Assembly: GCA_035531555.1 (NCBI GenBank)
Contig: DATKSR010000046.1
Span: 6,702-70,701 of the forward strand
From: Candidatus Dormiibacterota bacterium
Lineage (GTDB): Bacteria > Chloroflexota > Dormibacteria > Aeolococcales > Bog-877
Length of the DNA stretch: 64,000 nucleotides
Direction: 5' to 3'
Both the position numbers and the translations under genes were made by a program. The notes under the pieces were generated by a model. That model was given only the letters and a program-made list of their open reading frames with translations, had not been told where the DNA came from and did no database searches. Below are positions 18,212 to 27,642 of the stretch, piece by piece. Numbering within the stretch: the first letter of the stretch is position 1; each line of letters begins with the position of its first letter.

Positions 18212-18443
18212 GGATCAACTCCTCGGGCAGAGGTACGGGGTCATAACCAGCGGCGTGGAAAGGATTACAGCGGACGATTCGACGGATGCCCATCCACCAC
18301 CCCCGGCGGAACCCGTACAGCTGGATGGCCTCCGACGTGTAGTGGGAGCAGCTCGGCTCGTAACGGCACGACGACATCAGGCCGAAGATCGGACTCAGGC
18401 TCGCCTGGTAGAACGCGATGAGCCAGAGAGAGAATTTCTTCAC
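18201..18443 (-). CDS. yidD: Membrane protein insertion efficiency factor YidD
   Basis: 80 aa, [10 protein letters not shown] and RCNPFH motifs. Confidence 0.9.
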   Translation of the reverse strand: MKKFSLWLIAFYQASLSPIFGLMSSCRYEPSCSHYTSEAIQLYGFRRGWWMGIRRIVRCNPFHAAGYDPVPLPEELIHGH

Positions 18444-18772
18444 CGGCCAGCTCCGGCCCGCAGGAGCGCCCGCGCCAGCGACGCGCTCAAGGTTCCGAAT
18501 CCGGCCGTCAGGGCGGCGGGCTGCGGGGTCATCACGACGTCGTACGCGCCCACCGTGCCCAGCTTTGCTCTCGCTGCCGCCTGGAGGCGCCGGCGCAGGC
18601 GATTCCGCACGACGGCTCCTCCGAGACGCTTGGTCACCACGACGCCCACCCTGGGGTGTCCCACGGAGTTCGCCCGTACCCGGACTCGGAGGATGCCGTT
18701 TCCGACGCTCGTCCGCTCCGCCCTCACAGCCTGAAAGTCGGCGGAGTGCCGGAGTCGGTACTTCGTCTTCAC
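18440..18772 (-). CDS. rnpA: Ribonuclease P protein component
   Basis: C-terminal 110 aa of ORF 18440..18979 ([30 protein letters not shown]). GTG 18772 overlaps the rpmH stop (GTGA). Confidence 0.8.
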   Translation of the reverse strand: MKTKYRLRHSADFQAVRAERTSVGNGILRVRVRANSVGHPRVGVVVTKRLGGAVVRNRLRRRLQAAARAKLGTVGAYDVVMTPQPAALTAGFGTLSASLARALLRAGAGR

Positions 18773-18915
18773 CGCACGGGCGCGGGTGTCAGGCGCAGCC
18801 GTCCCTTCAGGCGACGACGCTTGAGAACGCGGACTCCCCCGGGGGTCGACATCCGGGCCCGAAACCCGTGAGTCTTCCGCCGGTAACGCTTCTTGGGCTG
18901 AAAAGTTCTCTTGAT
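18769..18915 (-). CDS. rpmH: 50S ribosomal protein L34 (apparent ATC start)
   Basis: Not in ORF track. My translation of the minus strand gives (I)[53 protein letters not shown] lies 8 nt upstream of ATC 18915. Confidence 0.8.
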   Translation of the reverse strand: MKRTFQPKKRYRRKTHGFRARMSTPGGVRVLKRRRLKGRLRLTPAPVR

Positions 18916-19690
18916 GGTCGAATTCCTTCGCAGACTCGGACCCGGAGCCCAGGTCGGGACTTCCCAACCGTGTCTGCAACCCGGGATGACTCTCTCGGTA
19001 GATCGGCGCTGAGGATAGCAGACGGCGCCGCGAGGCCCTAGATCGAGGCTCGATCCCGACTCACCCCTGAGGCCTCCCCCGGCCTAACTGCGAGCGGGGG
19101 CCCAGCGCGCTCCGCGGGACCCCGCGCTCACCGACGATGCGTGCGACCGAATTGCACCACCACCTCGCGCTGCACGTGGAAGAAAGTCGCGGCGTCAGTC
19201 GACCACCGGCTCTCGACAAACAGGTCGAACGACGATCCCTCACGACTGCGGCGAGCATGTCATCGGGCGGAGACTGCGCCCTTACGGAAGGCGGGGGGCA
19301 GGGGTGTGGCACAGCGCGATGCATTGCGGAAATACCTGATTAACATGGGCTTTTCGTCGACCATCACCGGACTCCTGGCGTTCGTGGCGCGAGTCCGCGT
19401 CCGCTCGCGAGACGCCCCCGTCTTAGTCCACTTGTGCCCGAACATCCGCGCTCCCATACGGGTTGTGGGTTGGCGTTGGTACGGTGCCGGACGTCGCGGC
19501 AACGGGCGCCGAGACAACATTCAGCAACGTGCGTGGAAGCGTTGCACAGGGGTGTGGGCGGTGCTACCATCCGGGAGCGACCGCAGGGGTGGGCCAGACC
19601 CGGTCCGAGCTTCTCTCTTCTACAGGGCGAATCTACCCCTCAGGTGGGTTTTCCACTCCTGTGCAGAAGGTGTGAATTGCGCTTCATTCG
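18916..19690. other. rpmH-dnaA intergenic region; possible oriC part / dnaA promoter
   Basis: 775 bp without convincing CDS. Imperfect DnaA-box-like 9-mers TAGTCCACT (19424-19432) and TTTTCCACT (19649-19657), each 7/9 to TTGTCCACA. Confidence 0.4.
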
Positions 19691-21091
19691 GTGTGCCCTG
19701 GCTTCCCCGTGGGGCTCTTGGTGAGCCTCTCCTCCGACCAACTCTGGTCCGCCGCCCAGGAGGAACTTCGCTTCCAGGTCAGCCGTCCGGGCTACGAGGC
19801 CTGGCTCAAGAATGCCCGCCTCTTGACCTTCGACCAGGATGAGGCGCGAGCCCTCATCGGGGTGCCGACTCCGCTGGCCCGAGACTGGGTGATCGACCGG
19901 TACTCGGCGGTGATCCGGGAGACCCTCTCGGCGATTCTTAACCGGGACATCCAGGTGGACTTCGCCGTCCAGACCGCGACTGACGACGGGGTGGCCGCCC
20001 AACCGGTGGACGCCACCGGCCCGGTGGTCCTCACCGACGACCGCTCGGAGGGGATTGCGGAGACGGTCCCGGGGCTCAACCAGCGCTACACCTTCAACGC
20101 CTTCGTAGATGGGAACAACTCCCGTTTCGCCTACGCGGCCTGCCGGGCCGTCGCCGACTCTCCGAGCCGGGCCTACAACCCTCTATTCCTGTATGGGGGA
20201 GTAGGGCTGGGCAAGACCCACCTGATGCACGCGGTCGGCCACGCCGTCTGGCAGAGCCACCGCCTGCGGGTTGCCTACGTGACCTCGGAGAGCTTCATGA
20301 ACCAGATGATCACCTCGATCCAGGAAAATCGGATGGCCCAATTTCGGGCCCGCTACCGCACGGTCGACGTTCTCCTGGTCGACGACATCCAGTTCCTGGC
20401 GGGCAAGGACCGAACCCAGGAGGAGTTCTTCCACACCTTCAACGCGCTCCAAGAGGTGAATCGCCAGATCGTCATCAGTAGCGATCGCCCGCCCCGCGAG
20501 ATTCCCACTCTGGAGGATCGGCTCCGCACCCGGTTTGAGGGCGGCCTGATGGCCGACATCCAACCTCCCGACTTCGAGACCCGGCTTGCCATCCTCCGCA
20601 GCAAGCTCGACCCGCTGCAGAACCCGCTCAGTGAAGAGGTGCTCTCCTTCATCGCCTTCAAGATCCAGAAAAACATCAGAGAGTTGGAGGGGGCGCTCAT
20701 CCGGGTGCTGGCCCACGCCTCCATCTCCGGCGGTGAGAGCCCCTCGCTCAGCCAGGTTTCGGAGATCCTGCGGGACATCATCCCCTCGGCGGACAGCAAG
20801 CCGCTCTCGGTCGAGCTGGTGCAGCAGGTGGTGGCTGACTACTACGGAATCACGGTTGACGAGATGCGGAGCAAGCGCCGGGACAAGCACATCGTCTTCC
20901 CCCGCCAGATTGCAATGTTCCTGATCCGCGAGGAGATCGCCATGAGCCTGCCGGCCATCGGCCAGGTCTTCGGCGGCCGTGACCATACGACCGTCCTCCA
21001 TTCCTACGAGAAGATCTTCAACGAGATGAAGGAGGACCCTCGGGTCGCTGATGACGTGGCCCGGCTGCGGGAGCTCCTCCTGTCTCGCTAG
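19691..21091 (+). CDS. dnaA: Chromosomal replication initiator DnaA
   Basis: 466 aa. Walker A GGVGLGKTHL, DDIQFLAGK, C-terminal DNA-binding domain. Alternative in-frame GTG at 19721. Confidence 0.95.
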   Translation: MCPGFPVGLLVSLSSDQLWSAAQEELRFQVSRPGYEAWLKNARLLTFDQDEARALIGVPTPLARDWVIDRYSAVIRETLSAILNRDIQVDFAVQTATDDGVAAQPVDATGPVVLTDDRSEGIAETVPGLNQRYTFNAFVDGNNSRFAYAACRAVADSPSRAYNPLFLYGGVGLGKTHLMHAVGHAVWQSHRLRVAYVTSESFMNQMITSIQENRMAQFRARYRTVDVLLVDDIQFLAGKDRTQEEFFHTFNALQEVNRQIVISSDRPPREIPTLEDRLRTRFEGGLMADIQPPDFETRLAILRSKLDPLQNPLSEEVLSFIAFKIQKNIRELEGALIRVLAHASISGGESPSLSQVSEILRDIIPSADSKPLSVELVQQVVADYYGITVDEMRSKRRDKHIVFPRQIAMFLIREEIAMSLPAIGQVFGGRDHTTVLHSYEKIFNEMKEDPRVADDVARLRELLLSR

Positions 21092-21362
21092 ACCGGATCA
21101 GCACATCTTTTCCAGTGTCCCTGTTGCCCGAGAGCCAGGATCTGTGGGCAACCCGGGTCGTCCCAGAAACCCCCGCTTTGTCCGTGGAACCAAGCCGGGA
21201 TATCCACAGGCTGTCCACCGGCCAAGCGAGTTCAGCTTCGATCGGTTTCCCCAACCTTCACTCCCCTACTATGGCTACGGTTTTACAAATTCGTTCCAAG
21301 AGCTGCGACGGGGTGTTGATAAGGGGAGGTCGAGAGCTCTTGAAGCCAAGGAGGCCTATTCA
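21092..21362. other. oriC: dnaA-dnaN intergenic region; candidate oriC core
   Basis: DnaA-box-like TGTGGGCAA (21143-21151, 8/9 to TGTGGACAA), ATATCCACA (21200-21208) and CTGTCCACC (21211-21219), followed by a locally AT-richer stretch (ggttttacaaattcgttcc). Confidence 0.5.
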
Positions 21363-22493
21363 GTGAAGTGCACGATTTCACCCCAGCAGTTGGGGGCTGG
21401 GCTCAACTCGGTGAGCCGTGCGGTCTCCAGCCGGGTGACCCTGCCGATCTTGAACAACGTGCTGGTCGCGGCCCGAGGAGGCTCCCTGCAGCTAACCGCC
21501 ACCAACCTTGATTTGACGATCCACCACTCCCTCGCCGCCGAGGTCGAGGAGGAGGGTGAGGTGACGGTGCCCGCGCGGATGCTCTCTGAGTTTGTCAGCG
21601 CCCTCCCCGAGCAGCCGCTGCGCTGGCAACTGGACTCGGCGCACCAGACGGTCGGCCTGCAGAGCGGGCGCTTCGACGCCCACATTCGTGGGGTGGACGC
21701 CAAGGAGTTTCCACCACTTCCTGATGTCTCGGATGGGGAAACCGTCGAGCTGGATCCCCAGACTCTGCTCACTGCCATCGACCAAACTGTGATTGCCGCC
21801 AGCGCCGATGACGGACGGCCCATCTACACCGGGGTGTTGACGGAGATAGCCGGTCCCGAGGTGACCTTGGTCGCCACCGACGGCCACCGCCTAGCGATCC
21901 GGGTGGTGCGGGCGACCGACGGTGACCGTCAGGGTGAGAGGTTTGGCGTGATCATCCCGGCCCGCGCGCTGTCCGAGCTCTCTCGGCTGCTCAAGCCGGT
22001 GGCGGCCAGCCCGGCCTCGGTGAGCCTCACGATCGGAACAGCACGGGCCCAGGTGAAGTTCCAACTTCCCGGGTACGAGCTCACAGCGCGCCTCATCGAC
22101 GGGGTGTACCCGAGCTACGAAAAGGTCATCCCGACCGCCTCCCAAACCGTGGTGCGGGCCTCCACGGAGGAGTTGAGAAGGACCACCAAGGTGGTATCCC
22201 TCTTCGCCAGAGACGCCGCCAACGTCTTGAAGATTCGCTGTGAACCAGGGCAGATCGTGCTATCCGCCAATACCAACGAGGTGGGCGACAACGTGGCCGG
22301 CGTCGATGCCACAGTCGAGGGAGACAGCCTGGGCATCGCCTTTAACGCCCGCTACGTGGCCGACGTGCTCAACCTCATCGATTCGCCGGAGGTCGAGCTG
22401 ATCCTGAACGGACCGCTCTCGCCAGGGCTGGTGCGGGCTCCGGGGGACGACACGTACCGCTACGTGATCATGCCCGTCAGGGTGGCGATCTGA
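21363..22493 (+). CDS. dnaN: DNA polymerase III beta sliding clamp
   Basis: C-terminal 376 aa of ORF 21051..22493. GTG 21363 is preceded by AAGGAGG. Position after dnaA. LQLTATNLDL and TDGHRLA patterns. Confidence 0.9.
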   Translation: MKCTISPQQLGAGLNSVSRAVSSRVTLPILNNVLVAARGGSLQLTATNLDLTIHHSLAAEVEEEGEVTVPARMLSEFVSALPEQPLRWQLDSAHQTVGLQSGRFDAHIRGVDAKEFPPLPDVSDGETVELDPQTLLTAIDQTVIAASADDGRPIYTGVLTEIAGPEVTLVATDGHRLAIRVVRATDGDRQGERFGVIIPARALSELSRLLKPVAASPASVSLTIGTARAQVKFQLPGYELTARLIDGVYPSYEKVIPTASQTVVRASTEELRRTTKVVSLFARDAANVLKIRCEPGQIVLSANTNEVGDNVAGVDATVEGDSLGIAFNARYVADVLNLIDSPEVELILNGPLSPGLVRAPGDDTYRYVIMPVRVAI

Positions 22494-22515
22494 GCGCCGT
22501 AGCGGATCCCTCCAG

Positions 22516-23685
22516 TTGTACCTCTCGCAGCTGCGCCTGCTCTGCTTTCGCATCTATCAGGAGGCTTCGCTAGAGCTGCTCCCCGGAGTGAACCTAGTCT
22601 TGGGCCAGAACGGCCAGGGCAAGACCAGCCTGCTCGAGGCGATCTCCACCCTCGCGCTGACCAGATCCCCGAGATCTGGGTCGCTGGGGGATTGCGCCTC
22701 ATGGGGGGAGCCGCGGATGGGAGTGGCGGCCCATCTGGTCAGCCGCCTCGGTGATACCGAGTTGGAGCTGCGGGCAGAGCGCCAGGAGACGAGCGAGCGC
22801 TGGGTCCGCAAGCTGCGCCAGGACGGAGACCTGATCCAACCCCGCCAGCTCTTGGGACGGTTTCGGGTGGTGCTCTTCTGGCCGGAGGACCTGCTGCTGG
22901 TCAAAGGTGGCCCCGAGCCGAGGCGTCGCCTGCTCGACGTGGTACTCAGCCAGCTCTCCTCGCCATACGCGGAAGCTGCCACCAGGTATCGCCGAGGGGT
23001 GGAACACCGCAACGCCCTTCTGCGCCGGGTTCGCGACGGACAGGCCGCGCCAGAGGAACTACGGCCGTGGACGGAAGCGCTAGTCGAGCACGGCACCGTC
23101 GTGATGCAGGAGCGGCGGCGCTACCTGGATCTGGTGCAGCCGGTGGCCGCCGAAGCGATCATCAAGATCGGAGAGTCGGCGGAGCTGCAGCTACTGTATC
23201 GACCCGGACTGGGCCGGGGAGGCGGTTGGGACAATAAGACTGAGCCTGCCGACGCGCTCCGCCGAGCGTTGGCCAGAACCGCCTCCGAGGAGATCGCCCG
23301 GGCACAGTGCGTGGTCGGACCCCATCGGGATGACTTTGAGGTCCTTCTGGGAGGCCGGCCGGCCCGGCAGTTTGCCTCCCAGGGTCAGCAGCGGAGCGTG
23401 GTGCTGGCGCTCAAGGTGGCCGAGGTTCGCCAGCACCTGAGCTTGGGCGGAGAGACACCGCTGCTGCTGCTGGACGACGTCCTCTCGGAGCTGGACCAAT
23501 CAAGGCGGACCGGCCTGATCCAGCTGCTCTCCGAGGAGCTCGCGGTAGAACAGACCCTGATCACCTCCACCGAGGACCCGCAGATCGGAGGTGAGGTGGC
23601 CGTCTCGCAGGTGCTTCAGGCGCGGGGCGGTCAGCTGACCCGACAGGCCCAGCCCGGCTGGGAGCTCGCCGAATGGAAGGTATAG
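22516..23685 (+). CDS. recF: DNA replication and repair protein RecF
   Basis: Walker A GQNGQGKTSLLEAI, LLLLDDVLSELD. Confidence 0.9.
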   Translation: MYLSQLRLLCFRIYQEASLELLPGVNLVLGQNGQGKTSLLEAISTLALTRSPRSGSLGDCASWGEPRMGVAAHLVSRLGDTELELRAERQETSERWVRKLRQDGDLIQPRQLLGRFRVVLFWPEDLLLVKGGPEPRRRLLDVVLSQLSSPYAEAATRYRRGVEHRNALLRRVRDGQAAPEELRPWTEALVEHGTVVMQERRRYLDLVQPVAAEAIIKIGESAELQLLYRPGLGRGGGWDNKTEPADALRRALARTASEEIARAQCVVGPHRDDFEVLLGGRPARQFASQGQQRSVVLALKVAEVRQHLSLGGETPLLLLDDVLSELDQSRRTGLIQLLSEELAVEQTLITSTEDPQIGGEVAVSQVLQARGGQLTRQAQPGWELAEWKV

Positions 23686-23993
23686 AGGCGATCCTGCCCC
23701 GGGTGCTCCGTCGGCTGGGAGCGACCGGCCAAGTTCGCCAGGTTAGGGTTGAAACCGCCTTCTCCAAGGTCTGCGGCGAGTACATCCGTCCTCACGTCAG
23801 GGTCTACGCGGTGGAGCGCTCGGTTCTGGTTCTGGCTTGTGCCCATCCGGCCATCGCCCATCAGCTCCAGATTGATTCGGCGTCCATTCTGGACGCGATC
23901 AATTCGGAGGTTGGAGGACGGCCGCTAACCCGGCTGCGCTTCGTGCCGGAGGCGGGGACGGCACCGCGGAAGCAGCCGAATCGAGGAAGCTGA
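23673..23993 (+). CDS. DUF721 (DciA-like) protein
   Basis: 106 aa. Canonical position after recF. Pattern LVLACAHPAIAHQLQ...ILDAIN...RLRFV. Confidence 0.7.
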   Translation: MEGIEAILPRVLRRLGATGQVRQVRVETAFSKVCGEYIRPHVRVYAVERSVLVLACAHPAIAHQLQIDSASILDAINSEVGGRPLTRLRFVPEAGTAPRKQPNRGS

Positions 23994-25185
23994 GCACGAT
24001 CTCGGCGGCCGCGTTGGCCGCCTCCGGGCGGGCCCAGGTTCGGGAGCCGCGCTGCAACTCGCCGAGTAGCGGATCCTCCGGTCGGCACAATCGAGCGAGG
24101 GCTCCCAGCACCTGCGCCCGGCCCTGGACCTGGAGGGCCGCCCCGGCGGCGACCACGGCGGCGCCATTGTGATCTTCTTGACCCGGCAGGGCCTCCGTCA
24201 CCACGAGGGCTAGGCCGGCGGCGGCGGCCTCGGCCAGGGTGCTGGGGCCCGGCTTGCCGAGATAGACATCAGCCGCCAGCAACCACGGGATCAATGAAGC
24301 CTGAAAATCCAGCGCGACCGTAGGCACCTGCGGAGGGTGTCGCCGCAGCCACTCCAGCAGACGGCGGTTGTTGCCGCAGGCCACGATCAGCTGCAGCGGA
24401 AGTCCGCTCGCCCCCAGCCACCGGGTCAGCCGGCGCAGGCTGCCCACCCCCTCGGCTCCGCCACCCACCAGCACCAGCAGTGGGTCCCGAGCAAGTCCCA
24501 GCGAGGCGCGCTGCGCTCGCCGGCCGTCCGGGGTGGGCTGCGCGGCGGAAAGCCTCGGATCAATCGGGAGCCCGGTCTCCCGGATCAAATGGGAGGGGAC
24601 GCCGTGTTGCAGGCACCAGGCGGTGGCCTCATTGGTCGCCGTCAGAATGGCGTCAGGCCGGGGGGAGAGCCAGCCTGGATGGCCGCCGACGAGATCGGTC
24701 ATGACCGTGAGCAGCGCCGGGGAGACCCCGTTCACCGCGGCCGCGTCAGCGGCCGAGCGGGCCGCAGGACCGAGGAGTGGGTGGCAGTTCACGATCACCT
24801 GGGGAGAGCGCAACCTGGTCCGCTCGGCCATGGCAGGCCCCAGTTGGCGCAGCAGAAAGCGATCCATTCCGGAGCTGAGCTGTCGGCTGCTGAACCCCCT
24901 GTAGAGGACCCCCCAGAGCGCAGGCGAGGTGCGCACCAGTGGTCCGTAGGCGCGGGCTAGCGAGCGGGCGGTGCGGCCGATTGGGTCATTGGTGGGGTCA
25001 TCCAGAGCCACCCGGATCCCACCCGAACGTCGGCGGGCGAGCGCCGTGACCAGGGCCTGGGCGACGCTGTAGTGACCGCCGCCGGTGCCGGCCGCCCAGA
25101 TCTGTATCTCCGCGTGGCCCGGGTCGTTCAAGCTGGTGGCGTCCCTCGCGAGATGTTTGGCGTCTGGCGGCGATGGTAGAGTCAT
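23899..25185 (-). CDS. GT28-type glycosyltransferase (MGDG synthase / MurG-like)
   Basis: 428 aa. N-terminal IWAAGTGGGHYSVAQAL glycine loop. C-terminal GT-B half (GKPGPSTLAEAAAAGLALV). Confidence 0.7.
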   Translation of the reverse strand: MTLPSPPDAKHLARDATSLNDPGHAEIQIWAAGTGGGHYSVAQALVTALARRRSGGIRVALDDPTNDPIGRTARSLARAYGPLVRTSPALWGVLYRGFSSRQLSSGMDRFLLRQLGPAMAERTRLRSPQVIVNCHPLLGPAARSAADAAAVNGVSPALLTVMTDLVGGHPGWLSPRPDAILTATNEATAWCLQHGVPSHLIRETGLPIDPRLSAAQPTPDGRRAQRASLGLARDPLLVLVGGGAEGVGSLRRLTRWLGASGLPLQLIVACGNNRRLLEWLRRHPPQVPTVALDFQASLIPWLLAADVYLGKPGPSTLAEAAAAGLALVVTEALPGQEDHNGAAVVAAGAALQVQGRAQVLGALARLCRPEDPLLGELQRGSRTWARPEAANAAAEIVLSFLDSAASAVPSPPPARSAAGLAAVLQPPN

Positions 25186-25314
25186 CTCGCTGGCCGCGGC
25201 TCGAGCAGCCCCGGCAGAGCGGCGGGATTTCAGGGTGGAGCAAGCATCGGGGCCTCATGTCCAGCGCCCCCCGGGGCGCAATCGGCACTGACTCCGCGTG
25301 ACAGCGGCCTGCGG

Positions 25315-26340
25315 GTGGAGGAGATCACCACCAGCGACGGGCTGAGGCGGCTACGCCCCGAATGGAACGAGGTCGAGGCTGCCGGCGAACCCATCAATCC
25401 GTTTTTGTCCTGGGATTGGCAGTGGGGCTGGTGGAAGGTCTTCGGAGCCGACCGAGATCTCCGTTGTCTGGTGGTGTCCGACTCCGACCAAGTCTTGGGG
25501 ATTGTCCCCCTCCAGTCCAAATCCGCAGGTCGCCCGGTGTGGGGCTTCGGCGGAGGAGCGGAACTCTCCGACCACCTGGGGTTCCTCTTTCGCCCATCGC
25601 GCGGTGCGGAGGTGGCCGCCGCCGCCCTCGAGCACCTGTTTCACAGTGAATCGCAGGAGAGCCCGGCGGTCCTGGACCTCCACTACCTCCTCGACGGCTC
25701 GCCGGCCCTTGAGGCCCTGGGCCAGGCCGCCGAGCAGTTGGAGGTGGGCCAGGAGCTGACCCAGGAGGAGGTCAGTCCGCAAGTGATCCTCGACGGCGAC
25801 TTCGAGGAATACCTAACCCAACGGCTCAACAAGAAAGACCGGCACGAGCTCCGCCGGAAGGTGCGCCGGCTTGATTCCGAGCAGCCGGAGTGGAGTCTGA
25901 TCACCCAGAAGGAGCTGGGGCTGGAGGCGGCGATCGACGCCTTCTTCCCCATTCTGCGGGCCAGCGGACCACACAAGGCGGAGTTCCTCACACCCGAGGT
26001 GGAGACATTCATCCGAAGCGCTTGTCGGTCTTTCGAGGAGCGGGGCTGGCTGCGCCTGCAGTTCATCAAGGCAGGCGGGAAGCTGACCGCGGCCACGCTC
26101 GGCTTCACGGTCTCCGGCACCTGGCATCTCTACAACTCGGGATATCAGCCGGAGGCAGCGGCGCTCTCCCCGGGGCTCCTCTGTGTCGCAGAGGGGATCA
26201 GAGTGGCGATCGACGAAGGCTGCCACACCGCGGACTTTCTGCGGGGCAGCGAGGCCTACAAATATCACCTGGGAGCGGTGGACAAGCCGCTGTGGCGGCT
26301 CCGGCTCAGCCCCGCCGATGGGCCGGTGGTGAGCCCGTGA
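25315..26340 (+). CDS. FemAB-fold GNAT acetyltransferase (CelD/BioF2-like, Acetyltransf_6 type)
   Basis: 341 aa. LRPEWNEV...NPFLSWDWQWGWWKVFG N-terminus and FLRGSEAYKYHLGA C-terminus, typical of CelD-like proteins. Confidence 0.65.
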   Translation: MEEITTSDGLRRLRPEWNEVEAAGEPINPFLSWDWQWGWWKVFGADRDLRCLVVSDSDQVLGIVPLQSKSAGRPVWGFGGGAELSDHLGFLFRPSRGAEVAAAALEHLFHSESQESPAVLDLHYLLDGSPALEALGQAAEQLEVGQELTQEEVSPQVILDGDFEEYLTQRLNKKDRHELRRKVRRLDSEQPEWSLITQKELGLEAAIDAFFPILRASGPHKAEFLTPEVETFIRSACRSFEERGWLRLQFIKAGGKLTAATLGFTVSGTWHLYNSGYQPEAAALSPGLLCVAEGIRVAIDEGCHTADFLRGSEAYKYHLGAVDKPLWRLRLSPADGPVVSP

Positions 26341-27620
26341 CAGCGCCCCCCGGAAGTAACGGAGCCGGCCCGGGCGACACCATCGCATTCCTCTCCCTGC
26401 ACGCCTCTCCGCTGGCGCGCCTTGGCCAGCGGGAGAACGGTGGGCTCAACGTGTACGTCCGGTCCGTCTGCGAGGAGCTGGGGGCCCGCGGCGTGCACAC
26501 CGACGTCTTCGTAAGGCGGACCGATCCCGACGAACCGGCCGAGCAGGCAATGGGCCCCCGGAGCCGGGTGGTGGCGATCAATGCCGGACCGGCTCGGCGA
26601 CTCTCCAAGCACCAGTTGCCCAACACCAGAGACGAATACCTCGAAGGAGTGCGCTACTTCATCCAGCGTTCTGGGCGCCGGTATCTCGCCATCCACAGCC
26701 ACTACTGGCTGTCGGTCGACGTGGCCGCCGAGTTGGCTCGGCAGCTCGAGATTCCCTGGCTGCACACCGCTCACACCCTGGCCGCCGTCAAGGGGGAGTA
26801 TGGCTTCGACGGAGATGGCCCGCAGCGGCTTCTGGCGGAGCGCCGGGCGGTTTCCGGAGGGGCACGGCTGGTGGCCAATACCCCAGGCGAGGCGCACGGC
26901 CTGCGCCGGCTCTACGGGGCCCAGCAGGGTCAGGTGGTGGTGGCGCCGCCGGGCGTGGACCTGGTGAGGTTTCAGCCTCGTGATCCCGATCGGCTGCGGC
27001 GCCGGCTGAAATTGATTGGTCGCAAGGTGGTGCTCTTCGCGGGACGATTGGAGCCTCTCAAGGGACCAGACACCCTCCTCGACGCCTTCGCTGCCCTGAG
27101 TACGCGAGACGACGTCCAGGAACCGGTGCAACTCCTATTCGTGGGTGACGTCAGCAGCGATGGCGCCCAGGTGGATCAGCGCGGGGTGTTGGAGGCACGG
27201 GTTCGCGAGCTCGGGCTGTCCGACCGCGTCTGCTTCCTGGGGGCACAGCCTCAGGATCGGCTGGCCTTGCTCTACTGTCTGGCTGACGTGGTCGTGGTGC
27301 CCTCGTACACCGAGTCCTTCGGGCTGGTGGCGCTGGAGGCGCAAGCCTGCGGCACCCCCGTGGTGGCGGCGTCAGTGGGCGGCTTGCGCGATGTGGTGGC
27401 TCATGGGCGAACCGGGTATCTGGTGGAGGGCCACAACCCGGCCGACTACGCGGAGGCGATCGCCCGGGTCATCGCCAGCCCAGCAGGCGCTGAGTTACCC
27501 ATGCGCCAGGCTGCCTGGAGGCGGGCCCAAAGTTTCACCTGGGAGCGGACCGTTGACCTGCTCCTACCGGAGTACGGTCTGCCCGCAGGCCTGGAAGCCG
27601 TGGCGGGTCGCGAGGGCTGA
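26337..27620 (+). CDS. mshA: D-inositol-3-phosphate glycosyltransferase-like GT4 (MshA-like)
   Basis: C-terminal 427 aa of ORF 25890..27620. HASPLARLGQRENGGLNVY, IHSHYWLS, HTAHTLAAVKG, GRLEPLKGPD and PSYTESFGLVALEAQACGTPVVA closely parallel MshA. GTG 26337 overlaps the upstream stop (GTGA). Confidence 0.8.
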   Translation: MTAPPGSNGAGPGDTIAFLSLHASPLARLGQRENGGLNVYVRSVCEELGARGVHTDVFVRRTDPDEPAEQAMGPRSRVVAINAGPARRLSKHQLPNTRDEYLEGVRYFIQRSGRRYLAIHSHYWLSVDVAAELARQLEIPWLHTAHTLAAVKGEYGFDGDGPQRLLAERRAVSGGARLVANTPGEAHGLRRLYGAQQGQVVVAPPGVDLVRFQPRDPDRLRRRLKLIGRKVVLFAGRLEPLKGPDTLLDAFAALSTRDDVQEPVQLLFVGDVSSDGAQVDQRGVLEARVRELGLSDRVCFLGAQPQDRLALLYCLADVVVVPSYTESFGLVALEAQACGTPVVAASVGGLRDVVAHGRTGYLVEGHNPADYAEAIARVIASPAGAELPMRQAAWRRAQSFTWERTVDLLLPEYGLPAGLEAVAGREG

Positions 27621-27642
27621 GCCAGCCCCTCTCCGCCCTGCC

